Below are positions 6,768 through 16,081 of a stretch of 64,000 nt of DNA, in pieces. A model generated the notes under the pieces. The model was given only the letters and a program-made list of their open reading frames with translations, ran no database searches and was not told the origin of the DNA. Within the stretch, counting starts at the first letter, position 1. Every line of letters begins with the position of its first letter. The stretch is from assembly GCA_903855135.1 (NCBI GenBank), contig CAINYB010000027.1:18679-82678 (forward strand). Direction: 5' to 3'. Both the position numbers and the translations under genes were made by a program. This DNA is from an uncultured bacterium (GTDB lineage: Bacteria > Patescibacteriota > Patescibacteriia > UBA1558 > GWA2-36-10).

Positions 6768-9479
6768 ATGAATCAAGAAAAAACTCTTTGGCATAATTTG
6801 AGCATCGAGGAAACTTTTAAAATTCTTAATAGTAGTAAAAGTGGTTTAAGTAATCAGGAGGCCAAAAAAAGACAAGAAAAATTTGGACAAAATGTTTTGG
6901 CCACTGGAAAAAAGTTTTCTTTGTGGGCTTTGTTTTTTGGGCAATTCAAAAGTGCTTTGGTCTATGTTTTGTTGATAGCGGCTTTGGTGAGTTTGATATT
7001 TAAAGAGTTTGTTGATGCGCAGGTGATTTTAGCAGCTGTGATTTTGAACGTTGTGATTGGTTTTGTGCAAGAAAAAAAAGCCAACTCTTCTTTGGAAAAA
7101 TTAAAATCAGTTGTTAAGCCAGAGGCTTTGGTTTTAAGGGAGGGAAAACAAATCAAAATTTTAAGTCAAGATTTAGTAGCGGGTGATATAGTTTATTTAA
7201 CAGCTGGTGATCGGGTGCCAGCCGACATCAGATTAATTGAGGTGATTGATTTTAAAGTCAACGAAGCTCCTTTGACTGGTGAGTCTTGGCCGCAAGATAA
7301 GCAGGTGAACATTTTAGACAAAGGTACAGTGCTAGCAGAAAGGACGAATTTAGCGCTGATGGGCACTTTGGCAGTCGAAGGGCGGGCCAGTGGTGTAGTA
7401 GTTGATATTTCTCATCAAACAGCTATTGGTAAAATTGCCAGCTTATTAGCAGAAACCAAAGAAGAGCATACACCTTTGCAAAAAAATTTAGACAATTTTG
7501 CTAAAAATATCACCAAAGTCATTGTGATTATCGTGACTTTGATTTTTGTTTTAGGATTATTAGAAGGTCAAGATTGGCTCACGATGTTTAGCGTGGCCGT
7601 AGCTCTAGCGGTTTCGGCTATTCCCGAGGGCCTAGTGATTGGCGTGACCATGATTCTGACTTTGGGCATGCAACGTATTTTAAAACAAAAAGGTTTAGTA
7701 CGTAAATTGCTATCGGCTGAAACTTTGGGCTCTACTACTTTGATTTGTACTGATAAAACTGGCACTTTGACTGAAGGCGAAATGCGAGTGACTAAAATTT
7801 TTACTAACAAACATTTATTAGACTTAAATAGCCAGCTTTTTCGTCAAGCTTTGACTGATCCTGAAATAGTGAAGTTAACAGAGATTGCATTTTTATGTAA
7901 CAATGCGCAAATCGCTAATATTAATTTAGCTCGAGAAGATTGGGAGATTTTGGGTAGCCCGACAGAGAAAGCTTTATTATTATTCGGTGTTTTAAATCAG
8001 GCTAGTCAAAAATTAGTCAAAAGATATCAGCGTAAACAAGAATTGCCTTTTGATTCACGCTATAAATACATGATCACTCGTCATAGCTATGATGATAAAA
8101 ATGATATTTTGTTTATCAAGGGAGCAGTGGAAAAAGTCTTGCAATTTTCTTCTCACTATTTACAGCACGTCAATGCACAAGTTTTAAGTCCGACCAAAAG
8201 TAAAAGTTTTTTACAAGTAAGCACGGATTTGAGTTCGGATGGCTTGCGAGTATTAGCAGCGGCTTATAAACTGATTCCTCGCAAGACTATTGATTTAGCT
8301 GAATATAAAATTAAGCCTAGTGGTTTTGTGTTTACTGGCTTGATGGCTTTATCTGATCCTTTGCGTAAAGATACTAAAGTAACTTTGCAAGCAGCTTTGC
8401 AAGCTGGCATCAAGACTGTGATTATCACTGGTGATAATAAATTTACTGCTCATAAAATCGCCAATGATTTGGATTTACAAGTGAAAATTGAGGATATTAT
8501 TGATGGTGATGATTTATTAAATTTTAGTGATGAGGAACTAGCAAAAAGAATCACAGACATTCAAGTCTATGCTCGTGTCACTTCAGCAGACAAATTACGT
8601 ATTATCAAAGCTTGGCAAAATAGAGGGGAGGTAGTGGCGATGACTGGCGATGGTGTCAATGATGCGCCAGCTTTGAAAGCAGCTGACATCGGCGTGGTAG
8701 TGGCTTCAGGCTCTGATGTAGCCAAAGAAGTGGCAGATTTAGTCTTGTTGGATAACAATTTTAATACTATCGTGTCAGCCATCAAGCAGGGTAGAGTGAT
8801 TTTTGATAATGTCCGTAAAGTTATTTTATATTTATTATCCGATAGTTTTTCTGAGATTATTATCATTTCGGTGGCGATTTTATTTGCTTGGCCACTTCCA
8901 ATTTTGACAGCCCAAATTTTGTGGATAAATTTAGTCGGTGATGGTTTGCCAAATTTAGCCTTGACAGCTGAGCCAGAGGATCCAGATATTTTAGTGGGAC
9001 ATAAACGTAGAAAAGATAAAAATTTATTAAGTTTTGAAAGTAAATTTTTGATTGCCGTGATTTCTATCATTACAGCTTCAGCTAGCTTATTATTGTTTTG
9101 GTTTATTTATCAAAGTACTAGTAATTTAGTCCTAGCGCAAACTGTGGTCTTTACTGCCTTGGGTCTAGACTCTTTATTTTACGTCTTTAGTATTAGAAAT
9201 TTGAAAAAAAATATTTGGCAAAGTAATTTTTTAGTCAATAAATATTTGAATTGGGCAGTTTTATTTGGTTTATTATTGCAAGTTTCTGCTATTTATTTAC
9301 CATTTTTTAATAAAGTTTTGCATACTGTGCCCTTAAGCTGGAGAGAATGGGAAATTATTTTGTTGTTTGTAGTGATCGTGATTTTATCTATCGAATTAAT
9401 TAAAGGTATATTTAATCGTTATTACCAAAAATTATCCTTCGACTTCGCTCAGGATTATTTTTCAAAAAAAATAAAGTAA
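6768..9479 (+). CDS. cation-transporting P-type ATPase (P2-type, Ca2+/Mg2+-like)
   Basis: DKTGTLT phosphorylation motif, TGDGVNDAPALKAADIGV hinge, TGES actuator motif (PLTGES), 10 TM topology; last ~14 codons run into the dispersed repeat ccttcgacttcgctcagg. Confidence 0.9.
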   Translation: MNQEKTLWHNLSIEETFKILNSSKSGLSNQEAKKRQEKFGQNVLATGKKFSLWALFFGQFKSALVYVLLIAALVSLIFKEFVDAQVILAAVILNVVIGFVQEKKANSSLEKLKSVVKPEALVLREGKQIKILSQDLVAGDIVYLTAGDRVPADIRLIEVIDFKVNEAPLTGESWPQDKQVNILDKGTVLAERTNLALMGTLAVEGRASGVVVDISHQTAIGKIASLLAETKEEHTPLQKNLDNFAKNITKVIVIIVTLIFVLGLLEGQDWLTMFSVAVALAVSAIPEGLVIGVTMILTLGMQRILKQKGLVRKLLSAETLGSTTLICTDKTGTLTEGEMRVTKIFTNKHLLDLNSQLFRQALTDPEIVKLTEIAFLCNNAQIANINLAREDWEILGSPTEKALLLFGVLNQASQKLVKRYQRKQELPFDSRYKYMITRHSYDDKNDILFIKGAVEKVLQFSSHYLQHVNAQVLSPTKSKSFLQVSTDLSSDGLRVLAAAYKLIPRKTIDLAEYKIKPSGFVFTGLMALSDPLRKDTKVTLQAALQAGIKTVIITGDNKFTAHKIANDLDLQVKIEDIIDGDDLLNFSDEELAKRITDIQVYARVTSADKLRIIKAWQNRGEVVAMTGDGVNDAPALKAADIGVVVASGSDVAKEVADLVLLDNNFNTIVSAIKQGRVIFDNVRKVILYLLSDSFSEIIIISVAILFAWPLPILTAQILWINLVGDGLPNLALTAEPEDPDILVGHKRRKDKNLLSFESKFLIAVISIITASASLLLFWFIYQSTSNLVLAQTVVFTALGLDSLFYVFSIRNLKKNIWQSNFLVNKYLNWAVLFGLLLQVSAIYLPFFNKVLHTVPLSWREWEIILLFVVIVILSIELIKGIFNRYYQKLSFDFAQDYFSKKIK

Positions 9480-9491
9480 AGTAAAAATTTT

Positions 9492-10220
9492 ATGATTTTT
9501 AAAAACAGTTTTTTTAAAACTAAGAAACAAAATATTTTGATCACCGGTGCAGCCCGTGGCATCGGCTTTAGCACCGCACAATTTTTAGCTAAATCGGGCA
9601 TGAATTTGATTTTGCTAGATTGTAAAAAAGGTCCATGGCAAAAACAAGCCTTAAATTTCGGTTTACAACACAAAGTAAAAGTACAAACTTTTGTTTTAGA
9701 TATTACAAGGGTTGAACAAATTAAAAAATTAGCCAAAAAATTAGCAGCGCAAAAAATTGATGTCGTGATTAATAATGCTGGTGTTTTGAGTGCTCATAAT
9801 CTTTTGACCAATCATAAAGATCAGGAAGTAAGTTTAACTTTGCAAGTGAATTTATTTGGCTTGATCATGATGAGTAAATACTTTATCCCGTTTTTAGAAA
9901 AAACTAATGGCTTGTTGGTCAATATTGCTTCTGGTGCAGGATTAAAAGGTATGGCAGAATTTTCTGTCTATTGTGCTTCAAAGTTCGGCGTCGTTGGTTT
10001 TAGTGAGTCTTTGGCAGAGGAGTTAAAGAAAAAAGTAAAAGTTTTAGTGATTACGCCGGGTGCGACTAATACGGCTTTGTTTAAAAAAGGCTTTGGCGCT
10101 AAGCGCAAAGCTTTGTATCAGCCAGAAGATATTGCTAAAATCATCGGTGAAGCAGTTTTGTATCAACATAAATATAAAACAGGAACAATCATTGATAAGT
10201 GTAAACATTTAGAGCCGTAA
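9492..10220 (+). CDS. short-chain dehydrogenase/reductase (SDR) family oxidoreductase
   Basis: TGAARGIG Rossmann motif, NNAG, catalytic YCASK. Confidence 0.85.
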   Translation: MIFKNSFFKTKKQNILITGAARGIGFSTAQFLAKSGMNLILLDCKKGPWQKQALNFGLQHKVKVQTFVLDITRVEQIKKLAKKLAAQKIDVVINNAGVLSAHNLLTNHKDQEVSLTLQVNLFGLIMMSKYFIPFLEKTNGLLVNIASGAGLKGMAEFSVYCASKFGVVGFSESLAEELKKKVKVLVITPGATNTALFKKGFGAKRKALYQPEDIAKIIGEAVLYQHKYKTGTIIDKCKHLEP

Positions 10221-10261
10221 AATAAAAAAAGAGAACGCCCCGGCGATGCCGGGGCGTATTT

Positions 10262-10588
10262 TTATCGTTGGCGCAGACCTAGGACAAGATTTGCCCTTTT
10301 AATTTTTTTGAAAACACATTCAATGCATAGACGTTTTTTTGGTGGCAAGAATATAGCTATCTGTTGTTGAACTTTCTTGCCTAGGGAACTATCGAGTCGC
10401 AAATAAAGATAGTTTTGTTGATTTTGTACTATGGTGACGCGGAAGCCTGTCCAGGGTTTAGTTGGTTGTTTGCAAGCATTGCAAGAACAAAAAGTTGGCA
10501 TTTGTTCAAAGCTTACTTCAGCGTGATACTTTTTACGTCGTTTTTTGCCACGACTACGGCACTGATGAGTCAAAAGAATGGTTGCCAC
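10262..10588 (-). CDS. small basic Cys-containing (possible zinc-ribbon) protein, GTG start
   Basis: GGAGGG SD 4 nt upstream of GTG; CSCNAC and CIEC Cys pairs; Arg/Lys-rich N-terminus; ~45% GC; weak resemblance to Zn-ribbon ribosomal proteins but not assignable. Confidence 0.5.
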   Translation of the reverse strand: MATILLTHQCRSRGKKRRKKYHAEVSFEQMPTFCSCNACKQPTKPWTGFRVTIVQNQQNYLYLRLDSSLGKKVQQQIAIFLPPKKRLCIECVFKKIKRANLVLGLRQR

Positions 10589-10736
10589 GATACCCTCCGT
10601 TTTGGTAAGGTGCCACTAGCTTAATTTAGTTTAATAATAGATTGTTATTTTAGTCTTGTCAAAAAAAAGGTGCTTATTGTTTTTTGGGGCCATTTATGCT
10701 ATGGTTTAATTGAAAAATTATAATAAATAGATACAT

Positions 10737-12614
10737 ATGCAAGTAAATATAAAAGCTATTTTTGAGCAAAAACGATATTTAGTATTGTTTTTGCTATTTA
10801 CGCTTGGTGCTTATGCGGCGATACAAAGTGTTTTGACTAGAGGGGAAGTACAATATGCGGCTAAAAATGTGGAAATTCCTTTAGTAGACGAAGTAAAATC
10901 AACTGAAGAGTCAGAAGAGGCAAATGTTATCACACCAGAAGTCTTGGGAGATAGAGTAGTGAATGAGGATAATTTTTTTGGAGCCAAACAGCCAAATTTG
11001 CTAAAAAAGTTAGCAGACAAACCAAAAGTAAGTATTTTAACTGATGAAAATGAAGCACCTAAAATCGTTTTAGGCTACAAAGAAGGTTTAAATGAAGCTT
11101 GGGATATCTGTAGTGATATAGAGCTAGCCAAATCTTTTGGTTTTGATACTAGCTCTTGCCAGTCTAATGATAATCAAGGGCAATTAGTTGATAGTCTTGT
11201 TATCAATAATAATCGTGGTGGTGGAGGTGGTGGCCAACAGGTTGTAGAGCCGATACCAGTTGAGGAAGCTGTTATTATTCCACCAACAGAACCAGAAGCT
11301 TATACGAGTAGTAGCCAAGCTCTTTTGACTAGTTTTAAAATTGGTGGCCAAGAGGTGATGGGTAAAAGAGGTTCTGAGCCGATGTCTAGGACGGGAGCTA
11401 GCTATAAATCTGGCGTTATGTTGAAAGTACTGGTACCTTATACTTTTACTGGCATTGAGCTAGATACGATTGCACCAGTAAATCAAATAGTGGTTTATAT
11501 TTATCAAGAAGGTGAAGGTTGGAGCACTTGGGCTTTGAATTATCCCGAGGCTGGTGGCGAAGAGGCTCTAGCTACTTTTCTTTTGAAGCACAAAGCAACG
11601 GTAGTGGTAAAAGTAGTTTCAGAAGATTTATCTACTACCAATTGGTATAAAGCTAAAGTTTTTGATCCTGAAGATTTAGATCAGATCCCAGACTTTTTAA
11701 CAAAATTTCAAGTTGGCGATAGAGATGTTTTGCCTTTATTAGGCTTAAGTATGGATTATCACTCTTTGAATATGGTTGATTTTGGTGCCTCTTTATTGGT
11801 GCCTGATTTTACTAATTTTAAAGGGGTAAAAGTAGAGCTTAATAATTTTGATAATTTTGTGGAAGCTAAAGTTTTGATTTATCGCATTGGTTGGAGTACT
11901 TGGGATTTGAAATATCCCGGAGCTATAGAAGATTTAGCTAACACGCCGATAAATAAAGATGAAATTATTATTCTAAAATTAAAGGACACAGAAAATAATA
12001 TTTTTTATTACAGGGTTAATGTTTTTGAGGGCTTAGAAGAAGCAACTGAAGTTGAGCAGATTAATGATCAGACCGAAGTTAGTGTTCCTAATGCAGATAG
12101 TAGCCTCAAAGATTTATTAGTTGGCGATTATGCGATTGATTTAGAAACAGCTAATGTCGGCTCAAATTGGTACACGACTTCAACCGGTGCAGTTTTGACG
12201 GTAGACAGTTTCGATAATTTAATCGGTGTCATGCCGCAGGCTAGTGATGAAAACAGTACTATTAAAGTACGAATTTATCGTAACGTTTGGATTACTTGGG
12301 AGTATGAAGTTGGTTTGGATTTAGTTGCCAAAGAGCAAATTATGCCAAATGATAGAATTGTGATCGAAGTGACCGCTGAAGATGGAACTACAACTTATTA
12401 TTATCAAGTGCAAGTTACTTTAAAAACAGAAGTAGAAAATCCTCCTATACAAATTAGTCCAGAGTCTGTGTCAGCTGATGAGGCTGTCAAGCCAGAGCCA
12501 GTAGAGGAGTTAAAGCCAGAAACTACAGATAATGATCAGCCAGAGCCAGAACTAAAAAAAGAAGTAGAGAAAGTAGCAGAAGAAATATCTACAGATAGCG
12601 TTAAAATAGAGTAA
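10737..12614 (+). CDS. membrane-anchored surface protein with internal ~120-aa repeats
   Basis: N-terminal TM/signal anchor; repeated IY..GWSTW.L.YP / YYRVNVF / YYYQVQV modules; Gly run; acidic Pro/Glu-rich C-terminus. Confidence 0.6.
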   Translation: MQVNIKAIFEQKRYLVLFLLFTLGAYAAIQSVLTRGEVQYAAKNVEIPLVDEVKSTEESEEANVITPEVLGDRVVNEDNFFGAKQPNLLKKLADKPKVSILTDENEAPKIVLGYKEGLNEAWDICSDIELAKSFGFDTSSCQSNDNQGQLVDSLVINNNRGGGGGGQQVVEPIPVEEAVIIPPTEPEAYTSSSQALLTSFKIGGQEVMGKRGSEPMSRTGASYKSGVMLKVLVPYTFTGIELDTIAPVNQIVVYIYQEGEGWSTWALNYPEAGGEEALATFLLKHKATVVVKVVSEDLSTTNWYKAKVFDPEDLDQIPDFLTKFQVGDRDVLPLLGLSMDYHSLNMVDFGASLLVPDFTNFKGVKVELNNFDNFVEAKVLIYRIGWSTWDLKYPGAIEDLANTPINKDEIIILKLKDTENNIFYYRVNVFEGLEEATEVEQINDQTEVSVPNADSSLKDLLVGDYAIDLETANVGSNWYTTSTGAVLTVDSFDNLIGVMPQASDENSTIKVRIYRNVWITWEYEVGLDLVAKEQIMPNDRIVIEVTAEDGTTTYYYQVQVTLKTEVENPPIQISPESVSADEAVKPEPVEELKPETTDNDQPEPELKKEVEKVAEEISTDSVKIE

Positions 12615-12661
12615 TAAATTTTAAAACAAAAACCCCCGCGACGCGGGGGTTTTTGTTACTC

Positions 12662-12690
12662 TTGACAATTTTTAATAACTGTGCTATTAT
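12662..12690 (+). promoter_or_regulatory. sigma70-like promoter TTGACA-N17-TATTAT upstream of 12721 gene
   Basis: hexamers and spacing read directly. Confidence 0.65.
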
Positions 12691-12720
12691 ATAGTATCTT
12701 ATTAAATAAGCAGTGAAACT

Positions 12721-12993
12721 ATGAAAAAAGTTTTAAAAGTAATGAAATTTGGATTTTTCTTAAGCGTGGTTTTTATTTTAGGATTAGTTTTAAGCGGTAT
12801 GAACATACAGTCTGCTTCTGCTAAGAGCAATGCATCTGTTTATAATTATCATTATAATTATAAAGTTTATCCTTATAATTATAACTACTCATATTTTAGC
12901 ATCTTTGCTAAAAATAGAGACACCGATAATCATAAATTTGTAGTACCGACTAAAACACAAGTTAAAGTAGCTTTAGAAAAAATCTTAAAATAA
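12721..12993 (+). CDS. small secreted Tyr/Asn-rich protein with conserved C-terminal AKNR..VPTK module
   Basis: signal peptide; YNYHYNYKVYPYNYNYSY low-complexity; C-terminal FSIFAKNRDTDNHKFVVPTKTQVKVALEKILK shared with next gene. Confidence 0.6.
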   Translation: MKKVLKVMKFGFFLSVVFILGLVLSGMNIQSASAKSNASVYNYHYNYKVYPYNYNYSYFSIFAKNRDTDNHKFVVPTKTQVKVALEKILK

Positions 12994-13096
12994 ATTTTTA
13001 CAGTAATTTGAAAAAACAGCCTTGACCTCAGGCTGTTTTTTGTGTTTAATTATAATAGTTATTTTATTCTCATTTAAAAAATTTTAAAATAAAAAA

Positions 13097-13936
13097 ATGA
13101 AAAAATTTAAAAAAATCAAGCTACTTATCTTAAGTGTGCTTGTTGCTATTTTCTCTGTAAGTTTTGATATTGCTTCGACTAAAGCCGTTGGTAATCATAT
13201 ATCCGGTTCTTTATTGACTAGAGATGGAGTAGCTGGTTCGGCGGTTTATTTGATTGGCGCGGATAATAAAAAGTATATTTTTCCAGATAGCAAAACATAT
13301 TTGACATGGTATGATGGTTTTTGGCTGGTGCAAAAAGTTTCCTTAGAAGAATTAGACCTTTATCCTGATGGTGGGGCTGTCACTTATCGGCCGGGTACCA
13401 AATTATTAAAGCATGCGGATAGTAATAAAGTTTTTGCTATTGAGGCTGGTGGAGTTGCTCGTCATATCCCTACAGCTGCTATTGCTAGCGAGTTATATGG
13501 TGCTAATTGGACGAGTCTAGTGCAAGATATAGATCCTGGTATTTTTGTGTCTAATTATACAGAAGGAGAGGCGCTTTCTATTGACGCTTTGCCAACAGGC
13601 ACATTGGTGAGAGGGGTGAATGATTATAATACTATCTGGTATGTTCAAGATGGTGTAAAAAGAAAATTTGAGTCAATGGCTAGTTTTACAGCTAACAATT
13701 TTAATATTTTAAATGTTGTGACTATAAAGAATTTAAATCAGTATGTCACGGCTAATAATATTTCTGCTAGAGAATCCAGTTTAGCTGATTATATAACCAA
13801 TAAAAACATAGTACAGCCAATTTATCATTATATTCGTTTTTCTTTTTCTGCTAAAAATAGAAATATCGATGAACAAAAAATTTTTGTGCCCACCAAAGAG
13901 CAATTAACAATGGCTTTAAAAAATGTATTTAAATAA
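13097..13936 (+). CDS. secreted protein; middle domain paralogous to C-terminus of 42684 gene; same C-terminal AKNR..VPTK module
   Basis: signal peptide MKKFKKIKLLILSVLVAIFSVSF; KKYIFPDSKTYLTWYDGF...LYGANWTSLVQDI domain; C-terminus FSFSAKNRNIDEQKIFVPTKEQLTMALKNVFK. Confidence 0.65.
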   Translation: MKKFKKIKLLILSVLVAIFSVSFDIASTKAVGNHISGSLLTRDGVAGSAVYLIGADNKKYIFPDSKTYLTWYDGFWLVQKVSLEELDLYPDGGAVTYRPGTKLLKHADSNKVFAIEAGGVARHIPTAAIASELYGANWTSLVQDIDPGIFVSNYTEGEALSIDALPTGTLVRGVNDYNTIWYVQDGVKRKFESMASFTANNFNILNVVTIKNLNQYVTANNISARESSLADYITNKNIVQPIYHYIRFSFSAKNRNIDEQKIFVPTKEQLTMALKNVFK

Positions 13937-16019
13937 AAATAAAATACTTTTCTTTTCGGCGGTTTTATTTATTTTGACTATTTTAGGTTGCTTTAGATAT
14001 TTATCAGGCTTTTTTGGCTTGATAATTTTATTTTTATTTTTTGCTACTAATACTCTCTATTTATTTCATTTTCTAAAAACAAAATTTTTTAAAAATATAG
14101 ACATTGCTTCAACGGCTATTTTATTGCTATGTTTTTATATTTTTGGTTTATCTATTATTTATTATATTTTTGGTCTGACTAGCTATTCGGTGGCTATTTT
14201 TGTAGCTTTGATAGCATTAGTTTTAATATTTTTATACAAATTTTTTCAAGTAAAAATAAAAATAATTAAATTTAATATTAAGCCATTTTTTAATTTTTGG
14301 CTATTATTATCGCTTGGTTTTTTTCTTTATTTTTTCTTTTATTTTTGGCAACATCAGATTTTAGATGGTAGACCTAGCCCTTGGCCGAGTCTATGGTGGA
14401 TTGGTTTTATACTCTTTGCTATTTGGTCAGCGCTGTTATTTTATTTTTATTTTAAAAAGCAAAATAATTGGCATAATTTTTTGTATTTATTATTAGCTAA
14501 TATCGTAGTCGCTATCACTCATGTTTTGAGTTATGGCTATGATTCTTTGATTCATCAGTCTTCTCTCAAGTTTATAGCCGAGCATGGCCAGATCACGCCC
14601 TTGAGTCCTTTTTATATCGGGCAATATTCATTAGAAGTTTTAGTTAACTTTTTTACTAGAGTTGATTTTGTTTTGATTGAGAGATGGTTTTTGCCTTTAT
14701 TTTTTATGACTTTAGTTTGGATATTGGGAAAATTAATTTTAAATAGAGTTTTTAAAGAGCAAAATCTATTTCCTTTAGTTTTATCAGTAATTTTACTGAT
14801 ACCTGATGTATTTTCTGCTTCTTCTCCTTTTGGCTTTTCTTTGCTTATTTCTGTGATAGCTATTGCTTATTTATATTTATTTATCAAAACAGAAGAAAGA
14901 CATTTTTACATTTTATCTGTAAGTACAGCTGTAGCTTCTTTGTTTATTCATCCTTTTGTTGGTTTAAATATTATTTTATGGATTTTATATTGGCCTTATT
15001 ATAAAAAAATAAAAAATAAAATTTGGCGAAAAATTTCTTTATTATTGACTTTTATTTTATCATCTACAGCCGTTGTTTTGGCTTTTGCGTTTTATAATTG
15101 GCTCAGTAATAAAGTTTTAGTTATTTATAATCCGATTTCTTATTTGGCAGATTTTTTTAATATTTTTGGTGATCCCATTTGGTATATTAGAAATGGTTAT
15201 TCAGTTTTAGAGTATATTATTTATTTTTACGAGCGTACACATTTCTTTTTATTGCTTTTATTTGTTTGGTATTTTTTTCCGCTAAAGATTTTTGGTAAAT
15301 ATAAAGAAAATCTTATATCTTTAGTTATTTTGAGCTCTTTGATTTCAGCTTGGTTTTTTATCTCGGCCTTGAGTATCAATAATTATTATTATGGTGATCA
15401 AGTAAATTACTCTTATCGTCTAGTGCAAGTGGCTAAATGGTTATCTTGGCCATTATTTTTAGCCTTAATTTGGCAAATGTTAGCTTGGTTAAAAAAACAA
15501 AATAAATTTTTGATATTTTTTATTACTTTTTGTTTAGTTATGTTGATGACGGGGGCTTGGTATTTGACTTATCCTCGTCAAGATAATATTTCTCACATGT
15601 CAGTCAATAGTGCGCGTGCTATTGACTTAGAGGCTATTGAAGAAATTTATCAAAATGAAAATGGTAAAGATGGTTATTTAGTATTAGCTAATCAGCTTTT
15701 TGGTGCTTTAGCGGTGAAGCAATATGGTTTTGGGCCATATTATAAAGATAGTGCAGAGGAATTTTTGTATTATTCTTTACCATGGGGTGGGCAATTAGCT
15801 AAATTGTATAATCAATTTATGACCGAAGAAAATGGTGAGATTGATACATATTTAGACAAAACTAAAAGTATAGCTAATTCAGTTGGTTTGCATAAATTTT
15901 ACTTTATTTTTACCGATGCTTGGGCGCCACAAAACCCAACAGCTAAAGCACTAGAACTCAAGGCTAGTCAACATTGGCAAGTCGAAGATAAGGTGTTTAT
16001 TTATAAGTTTGAGTTCTAG
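13923..16019 (+). CDS. large polytopic integral membrane protein (possible GT-C-type glycosyltransferase/polymerase-like)
   Basis: 698 aa, >12 predicted TM helices, F/Y/W/L-rich, soluble C-terminal ~150 aa; family not assignable by eye. Confidence 0.6.
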   Translation: MYLNKNKILFFSAVLFILTILGCFRYLSGFFGLIILFLFFATNTLYLFHFLKTKFFKNIDIASTAILLLCFYIFGLSIIYYIFGLTSYSVAIFVALIALVLIFLYKFFQVKIKIIKFNIKPFFNFWLLLSLGFFLYFFFYFWQHQILDGRPSPWPSLWWIGFILFAIWSALLFYFYFKKQNNWHNFLYLLLANIVVAITHVLSYGYDSLIHQSSLKFIAEHGQITPLSPFYIGQYSLEVLVNFFTRVDFVLIERWFLPLFFMTLVWILGKLILNRVFKEQNLFPLVLSVILLIPDVFSASSPFGFSLLISVIAIAYLYLFIKTEERHFYILSVSTAVASLFIHPFVGLNIILWILYWPYYKKIKNKIWRKISLLLTFILSSTAVVLAFAFYNWLSNKVLVIYNPISYLADFFNIFGDPIWYIRNGYSVLEYIIYFYERTHFFLLLLFVWYFFPLKIFGKYKENLISLVILSSLISAWFFISALSINNYYYGDQVNYSYRLVQVAKWLSWPLFLALIWQMLAWLKKQNKFLIFFITFCLVMLMTGAWYLTYPRQDNISHMSVNSARAIDLEAIEEIYQNENGKDGYLVLANQLFGALAVKQYGFGPYYKDSAEEFLYYSLPWGGQLAKLYNQFMTEENGEIDTYLDKTKSIANSVGLHKFYFIFTDAWAPQNPTAKALELKASQHWQVEDKVFIYKFEF

Positions 16020-16081
16020 CTAAAACACTTGAATTATTTGTTGATTTCCTGTATAGTAGCCTCTAATTAGTTGATAAAATT

